From: Mayamaea pseudoterrestris
Lineage: Eukaryota
Reading direction: 5' to 3'
Assembly (NCBI GenBank): GCA_027923505.1
Contig: BROI01000033.1
Location: forward strand, 186,001 to 250,000
Length of the DNA: 64,000 nt
Under the pieces are notes generated by a model. It saw only the letters and a list, made by a program, of their open reading frames with translations, had not been told where the DNA came from and made no database searches. Made by a program: the position numbers and the translations under genes. This document shows positions 49,801 to 59,569 of the stretch, piece by piece (within the stretch, counting starts at the first letter, position 1; the number at the start of each line of letters is the position of its first letter).

Positions 49801-52800
49801 TTATTTTACAAAGTCAAGTTTAGTGAAGCGAAAGGAGCCAGTCTGTATTCCAACGTACGGTGCAGGAGTGCCACCAGAGCAAATCCCTTTTGCAAAGTCA
49901 GGGGTAGTAGCGACAAGTTGGCCGTTGACGTACCACTCCGCTCCTCGATTCGCACAGCGAATAATCGTCTTATCGCTTCGTCGAATCAATGTAGTGGTTT
50001 TAATCCTTTCAGTGTTTTCTGTCGAGTAAACTGTAACCTCCACTGGTTGCTCAGGTCCGACAAATAAAGACCCTGCTATGTAGCCCTTATCCACAACAAT
50101 GTTCCCCAAGAAGAAATCAGTGTCATACATAGTCCATCCAAAATCGCCTGCAGCGTTTGGTTGCAGCTCAATCTCAAACGACTCAACGTTGAGAGTATGG
50201 CCTCCAAGACGCTGCAGCACTATCAGCTTGTCGTCCATGGCATGCGTGTTTTCAATCTCTGTGTGAAGTGAATAATCAACGAGTGTAGCACCCTGTAAGT
50301 CCTCGTCAACGACGTAGGGACAGAAACCTGACAGCTCATCGCTTCTGTCATGCTCAGGATCATTATTCTCCGTTTCTGTAAAGTCATCGTCGAGGCGAGA
50401 AAAGTCATTAACGTCAAGCTGAGGTGCATCAGACGTGGCCGAAGAATCAAACGCTTCGTAAATCGGCGTGTCGTAGTAATCGTTGAGAAACGGTGGCTCG
50501 TATGTTGGTGACGAGTCAATATTACCGTAGCTTTCTAGTGGCGGCCCAAAATGTTCGGAATGTTGGGGTTCGAACATTGCTGCTTCTCCGGAGTCACTGT
50601 AGCTCGTTGGAGCTGGATAGTTTGAAGTAGGATATGGTGGCTCGAACGAATTTGCCTCAAATGCGCTGTAACTTGCAAGTGGCGGCCCGATTGTATCAAA
50701 ATAAGGTGGTCCAGAGGACGAAACTGGCCCATTGAAATCACCAACGCTAGCCGATTGTTGATTGTTATGCAGAAAAAGCATTTCTTCGTCGTCGGCAGGC
50801 TCAGTAATCATGTGATTGTCGTCGTTGGCTACGAATGGCCGCATCAACTCTTCATGTTCGAAAACCTCTGGCATCGCGCTAGCACGATAAGGTCGACTGA
50901 AAGTAGCTGCCTCTGTGACAGATCCATGATGACCTGCTGACGAAGGAGCTGATGGGGCCCACAGCGAGCCAAGGTATGCGTCATCTTTCACTGCCCTGTA
51001 CGAAGCGCCGCCCGGTGCGTACGATTTTCTTGAACCAGGAGAACTTTTTGCTGCATTTGAAGGAGAAGATAATCTCATTTGTGGTGCTTCAGCATCCTCT
51101 CGTTCTGCATTTGCTTGAAATTTCGGCGGCGACATCGCAGATGACGACAGTCCATCAGGAAACACAGCCTCCTTGTTTTGTTTGTATTGGCTGTCACCGG
51201 GAGCGTATATTTCCGAAGAGCCCGAATTATTGGAAGTTCCGCTAGGTGCCGCAGCAAGGCTCGCAAGATAGCCAGTGTCTTTCGTCTGTGCGTACTTCAT
51301 GCCAAATGGAGCGTGTGAATTTATCCGCCGCGCCACCGACGACCCGGTCGAAAGTGAACTGAGATAATCTCCGGACGATGTGGTGGTTTCGGTTATTCTC
51401 TTTTGTTTATCGTAAGTATCTGATTCGGAGGAACTTGACGATGCAATGTCGACTTGAGGTGATCTTAACAAAGCACTAGTATAGCTATCGCCATGACTTG
51501 CCGAATTCTTCGATACAGACGAGCTGACATGACCCCCACGAGAAACGTCACTCAAAGGAACCGATGCAGACGATGAGAGTCCAGCGAGAAACCCCGTTTC
51601 CTCGACTCTTTTAAATTTAGCACCTCCAGGAGCAAATGACTGCTTCGGGGGTAAGCTTGCTGCCGACATTGAGCTTAAGTAATCACTTGTTGTTGCAGAT
51701 GAAGCACTTTGAGAGTTTATTGCTGAGTTGGCTTCTGTTGGAACAGACAAATACTCAGGCGCCGGAACAGATGTGGGCGACGACAAGCCTGCCAGAAATC
51801 CGGTGTCCCTGACTGGTTTATACTTGCCGCCACCACCAGGAGCAAATGATTGCTTTGGTGTTGACGCCGATCTTTCTTTCGTCATGGCACTTAAATAGTC
51901 GCTTGTCGAGACAGCACGAGACGATGAACTGGAGTCCGGGCTGCTTGGACGGTAAATGGGTACCTTTGTTGATGAAGCTGTCGCATAGCTCCGCGATATC
52001 GATGAATCAGATACTGCGAATTCCTTGGCTCGTTGAATATTGTGGTCTCCGCCACCAGGAGCATAAGACTGCTGTCGTGTCGTCGAATCAGCAATATTTT
52101 GGCGAGATACAGTGCTTAAATAGGATGCGGCTTTTGTTGAAACCGTCGCTTTTGATCCGTTATGATTTGGGCTTGGAACGTTCGATTCATGTATTGTCGG
52201 AGGTGCTGCTGCCGATGATAAACTGGCCAGGAAACCAGTCTCCTTTACCGGTTTGAACTTGCCGCCGCCAGGTGCATAAGACTGTTTCGTTGGCGTTCCT
52301 GATTTGTTGCTAGCCATGGCGCTCAAGTAGTCACTGCTTGACGAAGCTGCTGATACTCTTGCATTTTGACTTGATCGAAACGAGCCGTGATTTGACTCAG
52401 TTGACGGCTGGCTTGCCGTTGGAGCTGGCGAGTCGCTAGGCATTTGATTCGATGATGCTTCTGACAAACCTGCTAGAAATCCGGTTTCTTTTACAGGTTT
52501 CCACTTGCCTCCGCCACCAGGGGCAAAGGACTGCCTGATCTTTGAACCAGGTGAGGAAGATTGAACAGCAGCAGCTCCTTGCGCATCTGTTGATGAGAAA
52601 TTGCTTACACCGTCGTGTGAGAGAACTGCTGAATCTCGTTCATTGACCAGATCATGAGCAGGTGGCGTTGATGATAAGCCTGCCAAGAATCCTGTCGCCT
52701 TAACTGGCATGAACCGTTTGCCTCCTCCGGGAGCAAAAGATTGTTTCGTTGTAAAAGTAGGGCTGGATGAAGTAGATTTCGTGTCGTGCTCTTTATTGGC

Positions 52801-55716
52801 GGACTCGGACGTCAAGCCGATTGATCGAGGTAAACTTGATGCGTATGACCCAGACTCCTTAATAGGCTTCCACGTGCCGCCGCCGCCAGGAGCGTAATTT
52901 TGCTTTGGAACATTTGCCGCAACGCTCGACGTACCAGGCACGGAACTCTGAAAATCACCCGCTGATGAAGGAGCAGCGTCTGCCAAGCCTTTTGGTTGAT
53001 AGTCACTGCTTTGTGGCTGACTGCGTGACCGAAAGTTGGGATCTGAAACTGCCGGATAGCTGGGTGCAGCCGTAGATGCTGCCGATGACAAACCGGCAAG
53101 AACCCCAGACTCCTTGACAGGTTTCCACTTGCCACCGCCACCAGGAGCAAATGATTGCTTTGAACCCTTGAAAGCATCACCCGTTGCGCCAGACGATGAC
53201 ATGGAACTCAGGTAGTCGCCGGTGGATGCAGGAACTGCTTTGCTTATCAAACCGCTCCGTTGCGGCGGATCCAGTGAAGATTTAAGTTCTGGAGCAGCGC
53301 TATTTTCTGGATTCTGTGCTGAAGCAACCGAAGATAAGCCGGCAAGAAATCCAGACTCCTTGACAGGTTTCCACTTGCCACCGCCACCAGGAGCAAATGA
53401 TTGCTTTGAAACCTTGGAAGCATCACCCGTTGCGCCAGACGATGACATGGAACTCAGGTAGTCACCGGTGGATGCAGGAACTGCTGTGCTTAACAAACCG
53501 CTCCGTTGCGGCAAATCCGGTGAAGATTTAAGTTCTGGAGCAGCGCTATTTTCTGGTTTCGGGACAGAAGAAGCTGCGGACGATAAACCAGCAAGAAATC
53601 CAGACTCCTTGACAGGTTTCCATTTGCCACCGCCACCAGGAGCAAACGATTGTTTTGGAACCTTTGAAGAAACTGTCGCACCCGACATGGAACTCAAGTA
53701 GTCACCAGTTGATGCAGGAGCAGAGTTTGCCGAACCAATTGGTTGCGAAGGAGGGCTTGGCTCTGGAGCAGCGCTATAAATTGGCTTTGGAGTAGAAGAA
53801 GCTGTGGATGATAAACCTGCAAGAAATCCAGATTCCTTGACGGGATTCCACTTGCCGCTGCCACCAGGAGCAAACGACTGTTTCGGAGCCTTTGAAGAAC
53901 CTGTCGCACCCGACATGGAACTCAAGTAATCAATCGTTGATGCAGGAGCAGAGTTTGCCGAACCAATTGGTTGCGAAGGAGGGCTTGGTTCTGGAGCAGC
54001 GCTATAAACTGGTTTTGGAGTAGAAGAAGCTGTGGACGATAAACCGGCAAGAAACCCAGATTCCTTAACAGGTTTCCACTTGCCACCACCACCAGGAGCA
54101 AAGGACTGTTTCGACAACTTTGAAGAATCTGTTGCACCCGACATGGAACTCAAGTAGTCACCCGTCGATGCAGACGCAGCAGAGTTGGCTGCGCTACTCG
54201 TCTGATATGGGCTGTCGCTTTGCGGCAAGCTTGCAGGAACGCTTGGCCCACGAGCAGTTGGAGAAGCCGGCGCGCGATCATTAGACTCGTTGGACGATAA
54301 ATAGGCAAGGAATCCAGTCTCCTTGACGGGTTTCCACTTGCCACCAGGAGCGTACGACTGTTGTTTCGGAGCCTTTGAAGCTGACACACCCGACATGGCA
54401 CTTAAATAATCGCTCGTCGATGCGGCAGCTGTTGATTGTTGCGTGAATTCATTCGATTCGTCACGATCCGGCGACTTGTAGTAGCTCGGTGGTGCTGCAG
54501 GTGCAGATGAAGATTGGGGTGCAGCAGTGGCTTCTGTAATTGTATGCGAGGCTGACAGTCCCGCCAGAAATCCAGTCTCCTTGGCTTGCTTGAACTTGCT
54601 AGCGGGCGCGTACGATTTCTGCTTGCTGCCGCTGGCCGTTTGTCCCTTGGACATGCGACTCAAATAGTCCGTCGTTGACGCTGCAGCATTATCTGATGCT
54701 TGCTCTGAACTCGACGCAGCCGACTGCGACTTCCATTTAGTTGCTCCTCCTGGTGCGTAGGAGGACTGCTTGCTGGTGTCGCTCATCGTTTGCGACGACG
54801 AAGAAGACGACGTTGATCCCTTGGACATGCGAGTCAAGTAGTCACTCGTGGATGCAGCACCGTTGGATGATTCATCAACCGTCGCCGCATTTTTGGAATC
54901 AAGCGAGAGGGACCGAGACGACGACGATGATTTCCAACTGCCTGGAGAGTAGGATTTTTGATTGCTGCTGGTGGAACTTGTCGAAGACGCCATTCGACTC
55001 AAGTAGTCGCTCGTCGAAGCAGCAGGCGCAGAATTTACGTCGTGACTCGTCGCTTGCTGTTCGTTTCCAGTGCGAGCCGACTCGGACGAACCTGCCGACT
55101 GCTTCCAACTGCTACTAGCTCCTGATCCAGGAGCGTAGCTATTCTTGCTCTTGCTGCTGCTACCCGTTGCTCTTTCGGCGCTTGGTCCAGCGCTAGACAT
55201 GGACGACAAGTAGTCGGATGATGACGCAGCAGCTGTCGCTGTGGCTTTTGGTGCAGTCACTTTGGCATCCTTTGATTGAGAATTTGCCTTTGAACTCGTT
55301 CCATATGGAGCGTAGGAAACTTTCATTGTCGTCGTAGAGAGTTCTTGCTTGGACGAGGACGAAAGCGCCGACAAGTAGTCCATGGTTGATGCCGCTGCTG
55401 CTGTTGCTGCAGCTTCGTCTTTCGTCGCTGGCACTTCGGCGAATGAATGACGAGCCAATGGCAATCGTTCGTCGTCACGTTTCGAGCCGTCATGATGATG
55501 ATGCTGTGACTTGGAAGCGCCAGATGCAGCAGGAGGAGCAGGAGCAAACGACGACGATTGACTGCTGCTGCGGCTTGCACTCGATTCCAATTGATTCAAG
55601 TAAGAATTGGAACCAAAGGCTGCCGCAGCTTGCTCCGAAGGCTTGACTTGTAGACATGCGACTAGCAGAATGCATAGCCATTGCCTTGGTGACTTTGAAA
55701 GGACTGCTGCTGTCAT
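49801..55716 (-). CDS. ~1970-aa Ser/Ala-rich repeat protein with signal/plastid-type presequence, ~20 SYAPGG-KWKP-GFLAGLS repeats and a C-terminal beta-rich domain
   Basis: Uninterrupted 6-kb ORF with first ATG at 55716. Hydrophobic WLCILLVACL followed by AAAA-FG. Recurrent DYLSSMS and KQS(F/Y)APGGGGKWKPVKESGFLAGLSS; core units 228-246 bp. Confidence 0.92.
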   Translation of the reverse strand: MTAAVLSKSPRQWLCILLVACLQVKPSEQAAAAFGSNSYLNQLESSASRSSSQSSSFAPAPPAASGASKSQHHHHDGSKRDDERLPLARHSFAEVPATKDEAAATAAAASTMDYLSALSSSSKQELSTTTMKVSYAPYGTSSKANSQSKDAKVTAPKATATAAASSSDYLSSMSSAGPSAERATGSSSKSKNSYAPGSGASSSWKQSAGSSESARTGNEQQATSHDVNSAPAASTSDYLSRMASSTSSTSSNQKSYSPGSWKSSSSSRSLSLDSKNAATVDESSNGAASTSDYLTRMSKGSTSSSSSSQTMSDTSKQSSYAPGGATKWKSQSAASSSEQASDNAAASTTDYLSRMSKGQTASGSKQKSYAPASKFKQAKETGFLAGLSASHTITEATAAPQSSSAPAAPPSYYKSPDRDESNEFTQQSTAAASTSDYLSAMSGVSASKAPKQQSYAPGGKWKPVKETGFLAYLSSNESNDRAPASPTARGPSVPASLPQSDSPYQTSSAANSAASASTGDYLSSMSGATDSSKLSKQSFAPGGGGKWKPVKESGFLAGLSSTASSTPKPVYSAAPEPSPPSQPIGSANSAPASTIDYLSSMSGATGSSKAPKQSFAPGGSGKWNPVKESGFLAGLSSTASSTPKPIYSAAPEPSPPSQPIGSANSAPASTGDYLSSMSGATVSSKVPKQSFAPGGGGKWKPVKESGFLAGLSSAASSVPKPENSAAPELKSSPDLPQRSGLLSTAVPASTGDYLSSMSSSGATGDASKVSKQSFAPGGGGKWKPVKESGFLAGLSSVASAQNPENSAAPELKSSLDPPQRSGLISKAVPASTGDYLSSMSSSGATGDAFKGSKQSFAPGGGGKWKPVKESGVLAGLSSAASTAAPSYPAVSDPNFRSRSQPQSSDYQPKGLADAAPSSAGDFQSSVPGTSSVAANVPKQNYAPGGGGTWKPIKESGSYASSLPRSIGLTSESANKEHDTKSTSSSPTFTTKQSFAPGGGKRFMPVKATGFLAGLSSTPPAHDLVNERDSAVLSHDGVSNFSSTDAQGAAAVQSSSPGSKIRQSFAPGGGGKWKPVKETGFLAGLSEASSNQMPSDSPAPTASQPSTESNHGSFRSSQNARVSAASSSSDYLSAMASNKSGTPTKQSYAPGGGKFKPVKETGFLASLSSAAAPPTIHESNVPSPNHNGSKATVSTKAASYLSTVSRQNIADSTTRQQSYAPGGGDHNIQRAKEFAVSDSSISRSYATASSTKVPIYRPSSPDSSSSSRAVSTSDYLSAMTKERSASTPKQSFAPGGGGKYKPVRDTGFLAGLSSPTSVPAPEYLSVPTEANSAINSQSASSATTSDYLSSMSAASLPPKQSFAPGGAKFKRVEETGFLAGLSSSASVPLSDVSRGGHVSSSVSKNSASHGDSYTSALLRSPQVDIASSSSSESDTYDKQKRITETTTSSGDYLSSLSTGSSVARRINSHAPFGMKYAQTKDTGYLASLAAAPSGTSNNSGSSEIYAPGDSQYKQNKEAVFPDGLSSSAMSPPKFQANAEREDAEAPQMRLSSPSNAAKSSPGSRKSYAPGGASYRAVKDDAYLGSLWAPSAPSSAGHHGSVTEAATFSRPYRASAMPEVFEHEELMRPFVANDDNHMITEPADDEEMLFLHNNQQSASVGDFNGPVSSSGPPYFDTIGPPLASYSAFEANSFEPPYPTSNYPAPTSYSDSGEAAMFEPQHSEHFGPPLESYGNIDSSPTYEPPFLNDYYDTPIYEAFDSSATSDAPQLDVNDFSRLDDDFTETENNDPEHDRSDELSGFCPYVVDEDLQGATLVDYSLHTEIENTHAMDDKLIVLQRLGGHTLNVESFEIELQPNAAGDFGWTMYDTDFFLGNIVVDKGYIAGSLFVGPEQPVEVTVYSTENTERIKTTTLIRRSDKTIIRCANRGAEWYVNGQLVATTPDFAKGICSGGTPAPYVGIQTGSFRFTKLDFVK

Positions 55717-56185
55717 GATTTTGATGGCTGATTGGTTGGCGGCAGCTAGGGGTACAAGCACTGAATGTAAATCAATCAATCCAACAAGGACTTGAAACAG
55801 CAGTGATAAGAGTCTCCTCAAACCGATTATATATACAGTGAATGCGATAAGCTACCGGTAGTCGGATGATGGTCTTTTGATGGACGACTCGGTTGATGGA
55901 TCCAAATCCTAAAGGCCGAAAGCGTTTGCGGTCGTTGATCAAGGATGAGGTGCGGCGAGACGTTCATCGATGGTGGGACACGTCGATCACTCGTTTCGGC
56001 GAGCAAACACATCAACATGCCAACGGCTGCGACTGACGTATGCAGACACTGAGTGTCAAGCAGAGTGTACGTTGGTCAAAGTCGCAACGAGAATGGTGCA
56101 ATGTAAATACCAGTAGCTAACCTGTGACTATCTATTCAATTCTATTGCGCACATACGTCGCGCTTGATACTTTGGCAGTCAGCAT

Positions 56186-57492
56186 TCAATGAGAATCCCT
56201 GGTTTCGTCAATAGATGCTTCACCAAAGTGCTGTAGATACAATCGCGTCTCCGCAATGTCATGAAAGCCCAACCACACTTGCACCTGCTGGACACTCACT
56301 TTGGGTCGATACGCGACCAAGATGCGCCTCATGGCCGCGTCACGGACACGCTGGAGCATAAAGTCCATGAGATAGGCCGACATGTGAGGAGCGGATTGAT
56401 AGAGTTGAAAGAATGAACTGTAATTGCTCATTGCCACGGCCAGCAGTACGTTAATGGCATGCTCGCAGCTCGGTTTGCTAACAGGATCATTTGCATCGTT
56501 GGTAAATTGTGTTGCTTGCATCAAAAAGAGCCGGAGTTCCAAACAAGAGTTGCGAACAATTGCGTAGAGTATCGAGTAAGCTGTAAACTCATCCGCAGCT
56601 TCGGGTGATTGGTGCAGCGATCGAGCACCTCTATTGATGGCAAACGCATGGCTTGTCGCATTCGTCAAACCATCACGGCCAATTTCCAAAGGCTCAGTCA
56701 ATTCGAAACGTCCACTCGTCAAGCTCTGAATCATGCTTTGGCACTTGTTGAATTCATCCAAATCGCCATGCTCCAACAAGATGCGCGCATGCGTTTCGTA
56801 AACGTCCAATACAAACAGATTGCGAATGTTCTGCACGGTCAAATCTTGTCGCACGCTCTTGAGCTGGTCGTTGGCATATTCAAAGTCTTCCGTTTGTATA
56901 TAGTGCTGTTTTATATGCGCCAAGGACTTGACGAGAATGTTAAGTGGTCGAACGTCTTGAGGATTTGGAAAATCGGTCAGTCGCAAGTAGGATTTTTCAA
57001 TCGATTGGTTGCGTCCTACCAAGCTTGACAGTGTAAATGGTTCTTCAGCTATAGCGGAAGAAACTCTAGAGCTTGATAACGACTGATTGAGAAGGCAAGA
57101 AGTTTTATTTGTCGAGCTTGCTGAGCTCGTCGAGTTGCAAGAGAATCGGTTCTGTCGATGGCATGCATGGCATGGCATGGAAATGAAAAAACGAGAATAG
57201 AGAACAGTCTGTTAGCTGTTGCTGATGAGCTTGCAAGGACGACTCCATTCAATCTAATACATACCTCTCGTTCCTTGCGCTTCCGCTTCTCTGCCTTGGT
57301 CAGTTGAATGTCAAAGTCGTTGGTCGATGGTCTGCATGACGAATCACTGCCGCTGCATCTGCTCATGGTTGTTCCTGCATGATGATTCTTGATACCCTTG
57401 CTTCCCAAGTCTTGTCGATAGACTGCTGCTGTTTCAAATCCATTTAAATTTGTTTCTGACTTCCGTCGTTTCTTCTTCATCTTTTGCTCCAT
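56186..57492 (-). CDS. SAC3/GANP-domain protein (THP3/LENG8-like), at least 2 exons
   Basis: Exon 57492-57265, intron GTATGT...CAG (57264-57152) and exon 57151-56186 give RKRKERE|NRF. Motifs VG....IEKSYLRLT..P.P.DVRP, DQLKSVRQDLTVQ.I, VYETHARI.LE.GD..EFN.CQ and NY..FF.LY. The start codon is uncertain. Confidence 0.9.
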
Positions 57493-58092
57493 GGTGATGG
57501 ATTGCTCTTGATCGTTTGATCAGAGGGCGGCAGATTCGTTTCGTGGCGCAGAAAAAATAACGGACTTGGGTACCGTTCCGATTGTAGGACGTTTTCATCT
57601 TTGTCTGAAGGTTCGCCAAGTTCGACGCCGTGATCCAAAGATGATGCCATTGACCAAGCAATGACAAGTACGATAAGGCACGACAATTCATACTGCACTA
57701 TTCGATGCAACGCCGGAGGAGCGGTCGCGGGCACAAGCTATTCCAAAACGAGGGCCATTCACTCACTCGCAAGTGGCAGCTGAATTCTGAAAGCAGAAAG
57801 GGACTCTTCCAAGGATCCAGCTCATCTTTTCAACCAAAGCAAGCGAGCAAAAGACCCGTAGACATCCAGTACGGAGAACCGCAAACGCTAGTGTTGCTAT
57901 TGATGGCAGCTATTTCGGTGTGGCGATTCATCAAGTCATGGGAGCGAGCAGTAAAATTGCACAAGCTCGAAGTGATACAGCAGCCAATGATTGACTTACA
58001 GTTGAGCAGTCGCAATGCCAATCATGCCGGCTCAGCCAAATGACGAGACGGGCTCGAGGCGACTGTCCGGGTCCAAGAACCAAAATGGAAGG

Positions 58093-58970
58093 TCGCTCAG
58101 CTCGTTCTGCTTCGGCTCGCTCTGTGGCGCCATTGTCAGAGTACATTTTTATACTGTCGGCTCGCATCTTGCTCATTTTTCGTAGGACCGCTTGCGCTTG
58201 TTCATCCGATAGTTGGTCCACTTGGTGTTGAATTTGCGCATTGGCGAATTCTGCGCGAATGAGTCGAATTGTATTGAGTCGAATTTGATCCTTCGCCTTC
58301 ATGGCAGTCTTCATTTCCTGCGACACTTCATCGACAATTCCAAAGAGTCTAGTAGATGATGATGAGTAGAACTGTATCTGTTCATGACAAATTGGTGGAA
58401 TAGTGAATGAAACAACGGATTGAAAGTGAAAGTTTGCGAGTGAGAAAAGGCTTCCATCTTGTGGCTCTTCATGAGTGCACCCATGACCTTGCCCATATTA
58501 TCCTTGCTGCCGACCGTTTCAATCGCTTCCTTGATCCACTTGCGCGTCATTTCCTCGTCAGCCATTTTGGGCAGCCATGCTTCAATAATGTTTCGCTCAG
58601 CTCGTTCTGCTTCGGCTCGCTCTGTGGCGCCATTGTCAGAGTACATTTTTATACTGTCGGCTCGCATCTTGCTCATTTTTCGTAGGACCGCTTGCGCTTG
58701 TTCATCCGATAGTTGGTCCACTTGGTGTTGAATTTGCGCATTGGCAAATTCTGCGCGAATGAGTCGAATTGTATTGAGTCGAATTTGATCCTTGGCCTTC
58801 ATGGCAGTCTTCATTTCCTGCGACACTTCATCGACAATTCCAAAGAGTCTAGTAGATGATGATGAGTAGAACTGTATCTGTTCATGACGGATTGGTGGAA
58901 TAGTGAATGAAACGACGGATTGAAAGTGAAAGTTTGCTAGTGAGAAAAGGCTCAACGACAGGACTTTCAT
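58093..58970 (-). pseudogene. YqeY (GatB/YqeY family) plastid-type gene truncated by a partial tandem duplication
   Basis: ATG at 58970 with presequence ...QSVVS-FT. YqeY motifs EMKTAMKAKD..RLNTIRLI, WLPKMADEE and MGKVMGALM. After KSHKME the sequence restarts with a 360-bp copy (58093-58452 = 58593-58952) in another frame. Confidence 0.75.
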
Positions 58971-59569
58971 GTTGTGAATACTGTGAACGTTCGATGAGCG
59001 AGACGTGGAGGAAGGTGGAATTCGAGACTGAAATGCAAGGAAACGGAGCATGCAGGTTTGTATTGCTATGATACGTAGAATTGCTGCCAGCAGGATTTTT
59101 GCTATGAGAAGCAGACGAGTCAGCAAGGGCGAAGAATTGAATTATGGTGCAGTGTCGTCATTCCTTCATGGTCATCATGATCGATGGATCGCGACAACGT
59201 AAACCCTAACTATTCGTCGTGTTTTAGCTAGCTGTGCTGTGTCTGATGCTAGGTGGGAATGAGAATCTCCAGACAATTTAAAAAACGATAAGCTCCGCGG
59301 CGCATTGTCAAGCTACTACATGTGACTTCAAACTTTTGAACACTGTATCAAAGCTACATGCAGATTAGTTATTTGAAATACGGTAGTGTTATCTACCAGT
59401 ACAGTACTGTACACAACCACAAATGGACTGGTGCTGCTACATTCCCATTGCTCATAGAAGCAATCTGACCAAACATACATTAAGAAAAGCCACTCTAACA
59501 AAAGTATGGCATGCTGCCATGTGACTGGTAAGAACTTGTCACCAGTCTCAACTGCTAGAAGACGCCATT

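Noticed and set aside
55717..55821. N-terminal 35-aa extension of the 2006-aa ORF
   Set aside because: Begins at a TTG; the first ATG (55716) already gives a plausible signal peptide.
59200..59210. Telomere-like TAAACCCTAA
   Set aside because: Single unit, expected by chance.
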